Source: Candidatus Doudnabacteria bacterium
GTDB lineage: Bacteria > Patescibacteriota > Doudnabacteria > UBA920
Reading direction: 5' to 3'
NCBI GenBank assembly: GCA_963768175.1
Contig: CAVYGQ010000001.1
Span: forward strand, 446,305-510,304
DNA: 64,000 nt
Part shown: positions 48,072 to 58,906 of the stretch, one piece after another
Numbering within the stretch: position 1 is the stretch's first letter
Layout: every line of letters begins with the position of its first letter
Program-made: the position numbers and the translations under genes
Notes under the pieces: model-generated
Told to the model about the DNA's origin: nothing
The model's database searches: none
Seen by the model: the letters and a program-made list of their open reading frames with translations, nothing else

Positions 48072-49193
48072 ATGACAAACGGCAAAATAATGGCCGAATA
48101 CATTTGGCTGGACGGCCGAAAGCCCACGGCTAAACTGAGATCTAAAACTAAAGTCATTGACGGGCCGGTAAGAAAGCTGGAGGACGTCCCCGCTTGGGCA
48201 TTTGACGGCTCCTCCACCGAACAATCCGAAGGCCACTTTTCGGATTGCCTGCTCAAGCCGGTTTACTATGTTCCCGACCCGATAAACTTGGGCGACAATA
48301 TTTTGGTAATGTGCGAAGTCTTAAATCCCGACGGCAGACCGCATCCCAGCAACACCCGCCGCGTTTTAGCGAATGTGGCGGAAAAATATAAAGATATGGA
48401 GCCATGGTTTGGCATTGAGCAGGAATATACGCTTTACCGCAAGGAATGGCCCTTAGGCTGGCCCAAAGACGGCTTTCCGCATCCGCAGGGACGCTACTAT
48501 TGCGGCGTAGGCTACGACGAAGTCCACGGCCGGCCGCTAATCCAAGCGCATCTAAAAGCCTGCATTTATTCCGGCCTGTCCATTTACGGCATTAACGCCG
48601 AAGTGATGCCGGCGCAATGGGAATTCCAAATCGGCGCCCTGCCACCTTTGGAAGTCGGCGACCAGCTCTGGTTGGCGCGCTGGCTGCTTTACCGCCTGGG
48701 CGAACAGGAAGAGCACCAGGTTTACGCCAAGCTGGACCCCAAACCCATGCCCGGGGATTGGAACGGCGCCGGCGGCCATACCAACTTTTCCACCCGCTTG
48801 ATGCGTGAAACCGGCGGCCTGGAAGTAATTAAGCAGGCCTGCGAAAAACTCGGCAAATTCCACCGCCAGCACATCCGCGTTTACGGCGCCGATAATGATA
48901 AAAGGCTGACCGGCAAACACGAGACCTGCAGCATTTATGAATTCCGCTACGGTGTGGCGGACCGCGGCGCTTCGGTACGCATCCCTATCAGCACGGCCAA
49001 TGCCGGCCGCGGCTTTTTGGAAGACCGCCGCCCAGCCGCCAATTTAGATCCTTACCAAATTTGCACCGCGTTAATAGAAACCACCTGCGGCGATGGCTTT
49101 GATCCGGACAAATACGGCTGGGAAAATTTTAAATTCCCGGAAGAAAAACAGACGCAAAGGACGCTCCCCGTTGTTCCTTCTCCCATGAAATAA
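48072..49193 (+). CDS. glnII: Glutamine synthetase type II (eukaryote-like GSII)
   Basis: 373 aa, KPMPGDWNGAGGHTNFST signature, GSII length. Confidence 0.85.
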   Translation: MTNGKIMAEYIWLDGRKPTAKLRSKTKVIDGPVRKLEDVPAWAFDGSSTEQSEGHFSDCLLKPVYYVPDPINLGDNILVMCEVLNPDGRPHPSNTRRVLANVAEKYKDMEPWFGIEQEYTLYRKEWPLGWPKDGFPHPQGRYYCGVGYDEVHGRPLIQAHLKACIYSGLSIYGINAEVMPAQWEFQIGALPPLEVGDQLWLARWLLYRLGEQEEHQVYAKLDPKPMPGDWNGAGGHTNFSTRLMRETGGLEVIKQACEKLGKFHRQHIRVYGADNDKRLTGKHETCSIYEFRYGVADRGASVRIPISTANAGRGFLEDRRPAANLDPYQICTALIETTCGDGFDPDKYGWENFKFPEEKQTQRTLPVVPSPMK

Positions 49194-49205
49194 AATAACC
49201 AATTA

Positions 49206-49242
49206 ACAAAGAGACTCTTTGCACTGCGCAAAGAGTCTCTTT
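49206..49242. terminator. Family F hairpin CAAAGAGACTCTTTGCACTGCGCAAAGAGTCTCTTTG followed by TTTTTTT. Bidirectional between glnII and proA
   Basis: Inverted repeat plus U-tract. Confidence 0.75.
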
Positions 49243-49253
49243 GTTTTTTTAAT

Positions 49254-50504
49254 CTAAATCCTTATCTGCCCACTGCCCTCCACCATCCATTTATAAGAAG
49301 TTAAGGCTCCCAAACCCATCGGGCCGCGGGCGTGGAGTTTTTGGGTGGAAATGCCGACTTCCGCGCCCATGCCAAACTGTCCGCCGTCGGTAAAATAAGT
49401 TGAGGCATTATGATAGACGGCGGCCGCATCAATTTCTTTCAGGAAAATTGACGCGTGATGTTTATTATTCGTCAAAATAGCTTCCGAATGCCCGGAAGTA
49501 TGCTTTTTTATAAATTTCAGCCCTTCGGTAAAACTGTTGACGGTTTTTACGGACATTTTTAGCGATAAGAACTCCACGCCAAAATGTTCCGGCCCGGCCT
49601 TCTGCAAAAGCTCGGCGGGATAAATATTTTTTAAAATTCGACGGGAAGGCGCGTCGGCAAAAATTTTCACGCGATATTCGGCCAAAGGCGCGGCCAAAGC
49701 CTGCAATAATTCTTTGACCATCGGTTTATTTACCACAAGAGTATCTAAGGCATTACATACACTCGGCCGCCTGGTTTTGGCGTTGACGATTATGGCTACG
49801 GACTTTTTAATATTGTAATCATCCGCAAAAGTATGGCAGACGCCGGCACCGGTTTCTATAACGGGCAAGCGGGAGTTTTCCCGTACCCAATTGATTAAAT
49901 TGTTGCTGCCGCGGGGAATTAGCACGTCAACCAGTCCGTGCGCGCTAAGCAAATCTTTTTTCCATTCCGATTTTGGATCAATCAGCAACACCGCTTCTCT
50001 CGGCAACCCGTGTTTTTTTAACACTTGGCGGAATAACGAAACTAAAATTTTATTGGACTTAAAAGCTTCCTTGCCGCCTTTAAGCACCACGGCATTGCCG
50101 GTTTTTAAGGCCAAAACTGCCAAATCCACGGTCACGTTGGGACGGGATTCGTAAATAACGCCGACAACTCCCAGCGGCACGGAAACCTTGCTTATTTTTA
50201 AGCCGTTGGGGCGGCTGCTAAAATCTAAAACCCGGTTTAAAGGATCGGGCAACGCGGCAACATCAACAACAGATTTTATAATCCCCTTGATTTTTTTGGG
50301 ATTTAATTCCAGCCGCTCCCTAACCGATTCGTCACCGCCGAATGCTTTAAGGTCTTTTTGGTTGGCCGCTAAGATTTTTTTTGCATTTTTTAAAATGGCT
50401 TTGGCGCCATCGCGCAATAACCGGCTGCGATCGCCGGACGGCAAACCCGCCAGTTTGACGCTGGCTCGTTTGGTTTTTTTCAGTTTTACGGTTAAATCAC
50501 CCAT
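49254..50504 (-). CDS. proA: Gamma-glutamyl phosphate reductase
   Basis: Aldehyde dehydrogenase-fold ProA motifs (..GNAVVLKGGKEA..). Confidence 0.9.
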   Translation of the reverse strand: MGDLTVKLKKTKRASVKLAGLPSGDRSRLLRDGAKAILKNAKKILAANQKDLKAFGGDESVRERLELNPKKIKGIIKSVVDVAALPDPLNRVLDFSSRPNGLKISKVSVPLGVVGVIYESRPNVTVDLAVLALKTGNAVVLKGGKEAFKSNKILVSLFRQVLKKHGLPREAVLLIDPKSEWKKDLLSAHGLVDVLIPRGSNNLINWVRENSRLPVIETGAGVCHTFADDYNIKKSVAIIVNAKTRRPSVCNALDTLVVNKPMVKELLQALAAPLAEYRVKIFADAPSRRILKNIYPAELLQKAGPEHFGVEFLSLKMSVKTVNSFTEGLKFIKKHTSGHSEAILTNNKHHASIFLKEIDAAAVYHNASTYFTDGGQFGMGAEVGISTQKLHARGPMGLGALTSYKWMVEGSGQIRI

Positions 50505-51270
50505 TGCTTAACTCCTTCGCCCTTAAAAAAGCGGCTTTCACGGCTTGCGCGATTATTTTATCAACAGATCGTTTTTGGAAAACTTTTAACGCCGCGTCGG
50601 TTGTTCCTTTTTTTGACCGCACCTTCTTAATCAATTCCTGGTAATCCGCGCCTTTCTGCAATTCGGCCGCTGCGGACAAAGTTTTTTCCACGAGCGTCCG
50701 GCTTTGGGCAGAAGTTAATCCCAACGCCCGCGCCGATAGAACCAAAGCATTCGCCAAATAAAAAAAGTAAGCCGGGCCGCTGCCAGAGATAGCGGTAACG
50801 GCGTCAATCAAACCTTCGTCTTTGACTTCAAAATTCTCCGTAATGCCGTCCAAAACACGCCTGACGGCCTTTTTGTCGAACAATAAAAGTCCCGCGGACT
50901 TCCAAGCCGCAATCCCCTGCCCTACGGCCAAGCCCAAATTAGGCATCATCCTGACAATTTTTTTATGGCTAAACAAACCAGCCAGTTTTTTTATGGGCAA
51001 ACCGGCGGCAATGGAAATAATAATAATTTTCGGATCAACCAGTTGGCGAACCTGCCCGGCCAGCGACGGCACGTCCTGTGGCTTGACAGCAATAATAATA
51101 AAATCAGACTTTTTTAAATTAGCCAATTCCGCATAGCCGACCCCGGCCACGGCTTTAACTTTATCCCGATTCCTATCATAAACAGAAACCTTAAAACCCT
51201 TAGCTTTAACCAAAGCTTTGCCTATAGCCTGCCCCATATTCCCAAATCCAATAATAAATACTTTTTTCAT
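50497..51270 (-). CDS. proC: Pyrroline-5-carboxylate reductase
   Basis: MKKVFIIGFGNMGQAI Rossmann N-terminus, P5CR C-terminal domain. Confidence 0.85.
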   Translation of the reverse strand: MKKVFIIGFGNMGQAIGKALVKAKGFKVSVYDRNRDKVKAVAGVGYAELANLKKSDFIIIAVKPQDVPSLAGQVRQLVDPKIIIISIAAGLPIKKLAGLFSHKKIVRMMPNLGLAVGQGIAAWKSAGLLLFDKKAVRRVLDGITENFEVKDEGLIDAVTAISGSGPAYFFYLANALVLSARALGLTSAQSRTLVEKTLSAAAELQKGADYQELIKKVRSKKGTTDAALKVFQKRSVDKIIAQAVKAAFLRAKELSNG

Positions 51271-51292
51271 AAATATCCTTCCGCAAAAGGTT

Positions 51293-52378
51293 TTAAGCCG
51301 GAATTTTAATTACCGCCATGTGGTCGGAATGGATGACTTCCTTTTCCAAATTCCAGCTGTGACCCAAATTTTTGCGCAAAGCCAAGGCATTTTGGATTTC
51401 CTTTAGACTATAGTTAACTTTACCGTAAGCCACGGCCAAGCCGGTTTTATCTATAACCTCCACTATCTCTCCTTTGTCAAACATGCCGCGGCAGGAAACA
51501 ATTCCGGGCAAAAGCAAACTTTTGGATTTACCCAGGGCGGCGGCAGCGCCGGCATCAACAACGAGCTGCCCAAACCCCTTGGCCGCAAGCAGCCAGCGCT
51601 TTTGCTCATTAATGCCTTTGACTTCCAGCGGTAAAAACTTTGTGCCAATGTGCGGCGAGCCAAGAGCCTTGGCCAAGACCCCCGCGGTGCGGCCGTCGGC
51701 AATAATGGTTTCCACGCCAGCGTTGGTGGCCTGCTTGGCCGCGCGAATCTTGCTGAGCATGCCGCCGCGGCCGCCGGTAGATTTTCCTATGCTGCACAAG
51801 TGTTCCAGTTCAAAACCCACATTCTTGACTTCCTTGACAAGCTCGGCTTTCTTGTCCCAATTGGGATCGGCGGTAAAAAAACCCTGTTGGTTGGTTAAAA
51901 TTATCAGCTTGTCGGCGGCAATTGCCGCCGCCACCATGCCGGCAAGCACATCGTTGTCGCCGGTAACCAAATCGGCCTTGGAAATTACGTCATTGCCGTT
52001 AATTATGGGTAAAACGCCCGCCTTAAGCATGCCGTTTATAACTTCAACCAAATTAACGTAGCGCTCTTTATCGGTAAGCTCACTGCGCAAAATCAGCAAC
52101 TGTCCGACTTCAGCGTTATGCTCTGCCGCGTATTTCCCGTAAAGCTGCATCATATACGGTTGGCCAATGGCCGCCCAAATTTGTTTATTCTCCTCGCTTT
52201 TCAGCACGGGCAGGCGCGCCCGCCCCGAGCCCACCGCGCCGCTGCTGACCAAAACCACTTCGTGTCCTTCTTGGCGGAGCTCAAAAACTTCCGCGGTCAG
52301 CCTTTTAACCACGGAAGTTTGGATAACATCGGAGTTATCCGTTAAAACGTTTGTCCCAACTTTTACGACTATGCGCAT
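51293..52378 (-). CDS. proB: Glutamate 5-kinase with PUA domain
   Basis: MRIVVKVGTNVLT amino-acid kinase N-terminus and a C-terminal PUA-like segment. Confidence 0.9.
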   Translation of the reverse strand: MRIVVKVGTNVLTDNSDVIQTSVVKRLTAEVFELRQEGHEVVLVSSGAVGSGRARLPVLKSEENKQIWAAIGQPYMMQLYGKYAAEHNAEVGQLLILRSELTDKERYVNLVEVINGMLKAGVLPIINGNDVISKADLVTGDNDVLAGMVAAAIAADKLIILTNQQGFFTADPNWDKKAELVKEVKNVGFELEHLCSIGKSTGGRGGMLSKIRAAKQATNAGVETIIADGRTAGVLAKALGSPHIGTKFLPLEVKGINEQKRWLLAAKGFGQLVVDAGAAAALGKSKSLLLPGIVSCRGMFDKGEIVEVIDKTGLAVAYGKVNYSLKEIQNALALRKNLGHSWNLEKEVIHSDHMAVIKIPA

Positions 52379-52481
52379 TGGAAAAATTTAAAATTCAAAA
52401 ATCAAAATTAAAAATGTAGGCGTTTTGCCTGAAGGCAAAAATTCAATTATTTTGAACTTTGATTTTTACATTTTGCATTAT

Positions 52482-52853
52482 TTACACCCTGCCGTAATCG
52501 TCCTCAAACCTCTCAATATCGCTTTCATCATAATGACCGGTTTGGGATTCAATAAAAATTAAATCCTGGCTCTTAGAAGTATTTATTACTCTGTGCTTAT
52601 CGCCTGCTTTAATATCAACAAAACTTCCCACTTTGACTGGCAGTTCGTTACCGTTTAGAATTACCCTGCCTTGACCCTGGACAAAAAACCAATGTTCGTT
52701 GCGTTGTTTGTGGAACTGGTAGGAAACTCTTTGTCCGGGCTTGATTGTCATCTTTTTTACGCAAACATCAAAAAACCCGGGTTCATTTACCAAAAATTCA
52801 GTTAATATTTCATAACTGCCCCAGGGGCGGTTTTCCGTATAATGTCCAGCCAT
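52482..52853 (-). CDS. Cupin-domain protein, mannose-6-phosphate isomerase type II C-terminal-domain-like
   Basis: RPWGSYEIL...IKPGQRVSYQFHKQRNEHW..V.G......IESQTG.Y..E.DIERFEDDYGR. The start is probably the MAGHY methionine rather than the track's 52928. Confidence 0.8.
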   Translation of the reverse strand: MAGHYTENRPWGSYEILTEFLVNEPGFFDVCVKKMTIKPGQRVSYQFHKQRNEHWFFVQGQGRVILNGNELPVKVGSFVDIKAGDKHRVINTSKSQDLIFIESQTGHYDESDIERFEDDYGRV

Positions 52854-52963
52854 ATATAGATTATAACAAATAAACGGGTGGTTAAAAAGGGGTCTGTTGC
52901 CGCAATCGCCAAAAGGACCTCTTGGCAATTTTGGGCAAAAAAACGATTTGTTAACCAGCCAAG

Positions 52964-53629
52964 ATGGATTATAATTACTTCATGAAGCAAATATTATTTA
53001 CATTTTTAATTTTAGGCTTTATTTCCGCCGGCTGCGGAGTTACCGGTCAGAGCCAAACACAATCGCCGCCGCCGACTGCAAACGCGCCTGCGGCAACATC
53101 GTCAATCGTTTCTAAGCCAAATAAAGCGCCAGAGCTTCATGAACCGATTAGTGGCGGGCTTTCCAGAGTAACAAAAAAACCTTTTGGTCTTTACGTTTCG
53201 CCCGGCCACTCACCTGTTTCCCCGGAAAGATTCACCGGCTACCACACGGGCATTGATTTTGAAACCACGCCCCAGGAGCAGAATACGGACGTAGGCGTAT
53301 ACGCGGCCTGCAGCGGCAAACTTTTGCTTAAAAAATACGCTTCCGGTTACGGTGGCGTTGCCGTGCAGGCTTGCAAACTGGACGGCCAGGATGTGACAAT
53401 TATTTACGGCCACCTAAGGCTTTCCAGCATCGCTCCCAACGTTGGCGACGTTCTTTCGCCCGGGCAACAAATTGCGGTTTTAGGCACGGGATACTCCAGC
53501 GAAACCGACGGCGAAAGAAAACATCTGCACTTTGGCGTCCATAAAACAGCGGCGATAAACATTTTGGGTTACGTACAAAAACAATCCGAACTAAGCGGCT
53601 GGCTGGACCCGGCACAATATTTAAAATGA
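52964..53629 (+). CDS. M23-family peptidase lipoprotein
   Basis: Lipobox ISAGC. HTGIDF...YGG...HLHFGVH motifs. Confidence 0.8.
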   Translation: MDYNYFMKQILFTFLILGFISAGCGVTGQSQTQSPPPTANAPAATSSIVSKPNKAPELHEPISGGLSRVTKKPFGLYVSPGHSPVSPERFTGYHTGIDFETTPQEQNTDVGVYAACSGKLLLKKYASGYGGVAVQACKLDGQDVTIIYGHLRLSSIAPNVGDVLSPGQQIAVLGTGYSSETDGERKHLHFGVHKTAAINILGYVQKQSELSGWLDPAQYLK

Positions 53630-53813
53630 TTATTTATCATGGCCCGGCCAAAGAGCGCCTTTGATATCCTTCGCACCAAAATTAAAACTTTATACGTAAA
53701 TCTATTACAAGGCCGCGGCTCACCCCCTGGCCTTTTCCATAAGAATAAAATCAGGAGCGCTTTTGTTAAAACGCTCTTAAACCGTAACAAAATTTATCTT
53801 AACTGTAATATTA

Positions 53814-54620
53814 TCAAGCAAGTGAAACGAGTTTTTCAAAGACTATTTTTGCATAGTCAAACCTTTTGTAAATCTTCCGCCCTATCGACTTGATGCTTGT
53901 GACAAAATCAACTGTTCCGGTAAGGAAAACCTCGTCTGCAATCAATAAATCTCGCAGGGCTAATTCCTTTTCCGTAACTTTAAAATGTTTTAATATCAAT
54001 TTTCTGGTAACACCCGGCAGCGGCCCCGATTTAAGGGACGGCGTGAACAGCTTATTGTTTTTAACTAAAAATATATTCGCGGTGGCGGCCTCGATTATTT
54101 TGTCATTTTCATTTAAAAAGATCACTTCTTTTATTTTGGTATCTCTGGTCTTTGATAAAACTTCTGCGGCTAGCCCATAATTTAGGCCTTTTATTGAACG
54201 GCCGGAGCTGTCTTGGCTAAACTTTTTTATCGGCGAAATTATGGCACTAATTTTTCCCAGGGGGTTAAAATCCCTTTTGGAGAAAATTATTATTAAAGTT
54301 GGCACGGTCTGCGACGATAAACCCTGGCTTCCCTTACCCTTGGTAACTATCAGGCGGACAAAGGCGTCTTTCTGCTTAAACTTTTTGTAATAATGGCTTA
54401 ACAGTTTGGCCAACTCCTGTCTTGAGACGGGAATCTTTATGTTTGCACCGTTGGCGGACTTATATAAACGTTCCAAGTGTTCCCTAATAAAAAACGGCTT
54501 ACCGCTAAATACCCTATAAGTATCAAAGACACCGTCTCCATAAAGAAAACCATGGTCAAACACACTGATTTTATCAGTTATTTTACCATTTATAATCACT
54601 AATGGTCGTGGAGTAGGCAC
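53814..54620 (-). CDS. Class IV aminotransferase-fold protein (aminodeoxychorismate lyase / D-amino-acid or branched-chain aminotransferase family)
   Basis: DHGFLYGDGVFDT..REHL.RL and ..GVTR.. patterns. Confidence 0.75.
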   Translation of the reverse strand: MPTPRPLVIINGKITDKISVFDHGFLYGDGVFDTYRVFSGKPFFIREHLERLYKSANGANIKIPVSRQELAKLLSHYYKKFKQKDAFVRLIVTKGKGSQGLSSQTVPTLIIIFSKRDFNPLGKISAIISPIKKFSQDSSGRSIKGLNYGLAAEVLSKTRDTKIKEVIFLNENDKIIEAATANIFLVKNNKLFTPSLKSGPLPGVTRKLILKHFKVTEKELALRDLLIADEVFLTGTVDFVTSIKSIGRKIYKRFDYAKIVFEKLVSLA

Positions 54621-54673
54621 TTAAATCAGCTTGGCGATAAGATCACGTAGCTGGAGAGTTCAATTAAAATTAT

Positions 54674-55267
54674 TTATTGTTTTGTCACATACTGTCCGCT
54701 AACCCAGCCCTGTTCAAAGCCGCTGTAAGTTATTTGGTACCAATTATTCTGTACCTTGGTATAAGTGTAAATTTCTCCGGGGTGCACCTGGGTGAGCACT
54801 TTGCCGGAAATGGACGGCGCGTTTCTGACATTTAAAAATCCGGTGGGCGTGGAGTTAATTTTAACCTGTAAAATTGCCACGGGGGTAGTTGTGGCAGCTG
54901 CGGGGGGAGTTGTAGTGGACGCAACCGGCGGCGTCCCTCCAGCCAAAGGAAAGGGTTGTGAGGCATTATTTGTAGCCGCAGGAGCCGGATGATAATGCCC
55001 TATAACCGGCGCCTGACCCCTGCCTAATTCCCAAACATAAAGTTCATAACCTCCGGCCACTAAAATAAGTAAAACTATAAAAATAAGCAGCCATCTCCCA
55101 ATATGGTGGTTTTTTTTGTTTACCGAAGCAAAAACCGAAGCCGGCATTAGCTTGGGCTCGGGTACCAACTCAGGTTTGCTTAAAACGGGGGTTATTACGG
55201 GCGGCTCCGACGGCCCGGACGGCTCGGAAATCAGTTCTTTTTCCTTTTGGCTCAAATTGGTCTTCAC
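54674..55267 (-). CDS. Membrane-anchored protein with a C-terminal bacterial SH3 (SH3b) domain
   Basis: TM helix and a C-terminal ..GFLNVRNAPSISGKVLTQVHPGEIYTYT..NNWYQI.. SH3_3 pattern. Confidence 0.55.
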   Translation of the reverse strand: MKTNLSQKEKELISEPSGPSEPPVITPVLSKPELVPEPKLMPASVFASVNKKNHHIGRWLLIFIVLLILVAGGYELYVWELGRGQAPVIGHYHPAPAATNNASQPFPLAGGTPPVASTTTPPAAATTTPVAILQVKINSTPTGFLNVRNAPSISGKVLTQVHPGEIYTYTKVQNNWYQITYSGFEQGWVSGQYVTKQ

Positions 55268-55539
55268 TAAAACTACGTCTTGGGTGTTTTTTGGCGAATT
55301 TATGCCTTCTACAAGCGGTTTTACGGGCTTGATAGGCTTATCGGGAACAGCTTTCTTAGGCTTAACCGGCTGGGTTTTGGGCTGGCTTGGCGCGCCGTCC
55401 TCGGGGATTATAGAGTTCTATTTCGTTGTCCATTTTTTTAAGCGGATAATTTTTAACGTTTACCCCGTAAACTTGTTGTCCAGGGTTATCAAGTTTATTA
55501 TACCACTTTTTCAAACAAACTAAAAATGTACGAGAACTT

Positions 55540-57267
55540 TTATTTTGTTCCCACGAGATTTATGTTTTTTAGGGAAAAATTCATGTCAACTCCGCGTAAT
55601 GAAGAATAGACATCATAGCCTCCGACCACTGCGTCATCTGCGGTAAAGCCGGACGGCGGGGTAACATATTTTTCGTATAAGCCTTTGAAATCAATACTGA
55701 ACGTATGGTATCCACTACCGGGAGAAATTGCCGAAAAACTAATACCCGCGGCCGAAGGGTTAATCATCACAGTACAGCCATATTGGTTATTGGCCGGGTT
55801 AACGACGCAGCTTGAGCCCTGCCAAAATATATCTTTATTTGCCACCGGCTGGGCATTGTAAACGTGTACGCTAAAAATATCCCCTCTAACCCAGGTTCCG
55901 TCAGGCTTAAAGTAATTTACCCTAAAATCACCGGACACATAACCCCAAGGGTCGGTGACGTTTTGAAATGGCGCCTCGTAACCGCTTGGGCAACTCAAAG
56001 CGGGATTGATATTCTGGGCTGAAATATTTAAATCAAACGATCCAGTTATGTCCTTAAATTGTCCGAGGCTCGTATTTGGGCGTATTGAGGAGCTGCCGTC
56101 AAAAGAAACGCCGACCTCGCGGACTTGGCTTGTGCATTGGGAAAGAGGATAAGCGTGGTTTGCATAGGATAATTCCAGCGGAGTGCCGTTTCCGGCGCCG
56201 CTTACGCTTACGTCCCAGCCCGGCCACTTTTGCCAATCGGTGGACTTCCACCAAAAACGCGTATCATTATAATAAGATTCGCACGCGCCGTTGGAAGCCG
56301 GCATATTAGTAACATTATCTACGTTTGTTCCCTGCAAACCTTGCGGACATAATCCAGGCGGATTTCCAACCAAAGACGCCTGCGCTAAAGATGTCCCCGC
56401 CGAAACCCACGGGGCGGTGACAGCGGTCTTGCTTACGTCGTCTACAATTGTTTTTCCCGAAATATAGTCTGGTCCGGGATTATATAAAAGGCTAACGGAA
56501 GTGGTAGTAGCCGGGGTTGAAGTGGGAATCGGAGTAGGGTTGGGGGGAGGTAAAATAATTATTGGTGTTGGCGAGGAAGTGGGGGGAGAAGTTAAAACGT
56601 ATCCCTGGTTAAGATTGGATCCCGGAGGCGGTGTTGTGTTTGAAGAAGAAGTTGTAGTGGTTGCCGGCAGTAATCCGCCGGGGGCTTGTTTGCAACATGG
56701 CACTACGACAGCTTGGCCTGTGACACGCGGATCATTGGCAACCAGTGGCGGTAAATTGGGATTGCCTTTAAGCACAGCCAAATCATACTTATTTGCTTTA
56801 ACAATAAATTTGCTTTGCCCGCCGTTGTTTAAAAATACTGCCCAGGAAGGCACCGGAATTAAACCCTGTTGAGCGGAATAATAAACCGTACCGTTATATA
56901 AAAGCCAGCTGCCCCAAGGGTGCACCATATTAATATTGCTTAATATATAAATCTGGGGAAGGCTGTAATTGCTCAGGTCACCGTTAACCACATTGTGCAA
57001 AGAATAGCCCAAACCGACAAAAGCTTTCCAACTCGTAAACGGAATTTTGGTTGTGCCGCTGATAAAATAGATGGTGGCATTGTCATTTACTAATGAACCG
57101 GTAGGGTAAACCATGACAGAAGACAATGCACCCACGTCTGTGCCTGCCGCGTTATTAAGTCCCTGTGAAATATCTCCCATAGTTAGAGCTGTTGATTTTT
57201 GGTTAGCAAAAAAACCGATGGACAGGATTATTAATGCTGCTGTTGTTATTGCCAATTTTTTACTCAT
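55540..57267 (-). CDS. Hypothetical secreted protein
   Basis: 575-aa ORF with signal peptide MSKKLAITTAALIILSIGFFA. Confidence 0.55.
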   Translation of the reverse strand: MSKKLAITTAALIILSIGFFANQKSTALTMGDISQGLNNAAGTDVGALSSVMVYPTGSLVNDNATIYFISGTTKIPFTSWKAFVGLGYSLHNVVNGDLSNYSLPQIYILSNINMVHPWGSWLLYNGTVYYSAQQGLIPVPSWAVFLNNGGQSKFIVKANKYDLAVLKGNPNLPPLVANDPRVTGQAVVVPCCKQAPGGLLPATTTTSSSNTTPPPGSNLNQGYVLTSPPTSSPTPIIILPPPNPTPIPTSTPATTTSVSLLYNPGPDYISGKTIVDDVSKTAVTAPWVSAGTSLAQASLVGNPPGLCPQGLQGTNVDNVTNMPASNGACESYYNDTRFWWKSTDWQKWPGWDVSVSGAGNGTPLELSYANHAYPLSQCTSQVREVGVSFDGSSSIRPNTSLGQFKDITGSFDLNISAQNINPALSCPSGYEAPFQNVTDPWGYVSGDFRVNYFKPDGTWVRGDIFSVHVYNAQPVANKDIFWQGSSCVVNPANNQYGCTVMINPSAAGISFSAISPGSGYHTFSIDFKGLYEKYVTPPSGFTADDAVVGGYDVYSSLRGVDMNFSLKNINLVGTK

Positions 57268-57360
57268 AAATATATTTTTTTATATTATTCTCCCTGTATT
57301 ATAGCAAATAATGCGAATAAACGCCCAAACAGGGGCAAAACAAGCCTAATGTGTTAAAAT

Positions 57361-58173
57361 ATGGTTATGGATATGAACTCCCCTATCATTTGTTTCGGCC
57401 AGCAACCATGCGGGTTTTTCCCCAAACGATTTTTGGCCGCTAAAATCAATACTGCCCGCGGCTTGCAAAAAGAGCTTGGCGGCAAGATTGTCTTTTTTTA
57501 CCATGACAGCGATGCGGACTACCGGGAAACTATTACTATAATGATTGACAAAGCCAAAACCGCCGACTTGTCCGCCGAAGCTTTAGCGAAGGCGGAGGTC
57601 CGCTTAAATTTTACCCAGGAAAACAAGCTGCAAAAAAAATTCTCCCCTCTTTACTTAAAACGGATTCCGACCGGCTGGAAAGAGGAAGTTTTAAAACAGC
57701 TGCCTCGGTTTGTTGATAAAAGTTTAATCGATATTTTTAAATCGACTAATAGAAAATTTGTCGCGGACTTTTGCCTGGAAATGTACCGCAAAATGGGGCT
57801 GCTGGAAGGAATCCAAATTTTAAGGTCGTCCGATAAAAGCTTTAGGGAGCAGGCGCCGGAGCTTGCGGGAGAGTTCTTTGCTGATGTAGAATATCAAGGC
57901 GAGACTGTCCGGGCGCAAATGCTGGACGGCCGTTTACGACTGCACGAAGGCGGCGGAAAATACACCCAAATCCCCATGCCGGTCAAAATAGAAAAATGGC
58001 AAAAATCGGCGAGCCGCGACCAGCGCTTTGCCTGGATGCAGTCGGTTATTAACTGTACCCACTATATATACGGCGAAGGCGAGAAAGAATATTTGGATAC
58101 CAAGCCGTTTCCCGAAATTAATTTTATTGACCGCGAAAAAATTGACCAGGCCGGTTATGCCTGGCTTGGCTGA
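57361..58173 (+). CDS. Hypothetical protein immediately upstream of bshB-bshA
   Basis: 270-aa ORF, co-oriented and tightly spaced with the bsh genes. Confidence 0.5.
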   Translation: MVMDMNSPIICFGQQPCGFFPKRFLAAKINTARGLQKELGGKIVFFYHDSDADYRETITIMIDKAKTADLSAEALAKAEVRLNFTQENKLQKKFSPLYLKRIPTGWKEEVLKQLPRFVDKSLIDIFKSTNRKFVADFCLEMYRKMGLLEGIQILRSSDKSFREQAPELAGEFFADVEYQGETVRAQMLDGRLRLHEGGGKYTQIPMPVKIEKWQKSASRDQRFAWMQSVINCTHYIYGEGEKEYLDTKPFPEINFIDREKIDQAGYAWLG

Positions 58174-58208
58174 CTAACCACTAAGCACTAACAACTAACC
58201 ACTATCTT

Positions 58209-58901
58209 ATGAAAATCCTCGCAATTGGCGCGCATCCCGACGACGTGGAGTTCGGCGCCGCTCCCCTTTTAATCAAAGAAGTCAAAAAAGGCAACCTGGC
58301 CAAAATTGTGGTCTGCTCTTTAGGCGAGGCCGGCACCAGCGGCACGCCGCAAAGCCGCAAGAAGGAAGCATCCAGCGCGGCTAAGGTAATCGGCGCGGGA
58401 ATTGAGTTCCTCAATTTGGGCGGCGACTGCCACATAGAGTATAACCCGCAAAACGGATTTAAGATTGCCGCCATCTTGAGAAAATACAAGCCAAATATTG
58501 TGCTCGCACCCTCGCTCCTAGAAAACCAGCATCCCGACCATCTAAACATTGCCAGGCTCACTCGCGACGCCTGCAGGTTCGCGCGCTACGGCGGATTAAA
58601 AGAACTTAAAAGTCTGCCAGTGCATAAGGTAAGCATGCTTTATTATTACGGTTCCAGCGCTGAATGGGACAAAAAACCGGATATTTTAGTGGACGTAACA
58701 GATGTGGAAAAACAATGGCAAAAGGCTATGGCTTGCCACAAGAGCCAAATGCAAACCAAACAGTATATAAATTTAGTCTTCAGCAAATCACGGGCACTGG
58801 GCGCTTCCTGCGGCGTCAAATACGCGGTCGGGCTTTACTCCAACGATCCTATAAGATCGGATGGAATATCGGATATAACTTTGTCGTCCAGAAATTATTA
58901 A
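58209..58901 (+). CDS. bshB: PIG-L/LmbE-family N-acetylglucosaminyl deacetylase, BshB-like
   Basis: AHPDDVEFG zinc-binding motif. 230 aa. Adjacent to bshA. Confidence 0.75.
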   Translation: MKILAIGAHPDDVEFGAAPLLIKEVKKGNLAKIVVCSLGEAGTSGTPQSRKKEASSAAKVIGAGIEFLNLGGDCHIEYNPQNGFKIAAILRKYKPNIVLAPSLLENQHPDHLNIARLTRDACRFARYGGLKELKSLPVHKVSMLYYYGSSAEWDKKPDILVDVTDVEKQWQKAMACHKSQMQTKQYINLVFSKSRALGASCGVKYAVGLYSNDPIRSDGISDITLSSRNY

Positions 58902-58906
58902 CTCAG

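Noticed and set aside
57361-58173. Calling the 270-aa ORF BshC
   Set aside because: BshC is about 540 aa and I cannot recognise its motifs here. Adjacency to bshB-bshA alone is insufficient.
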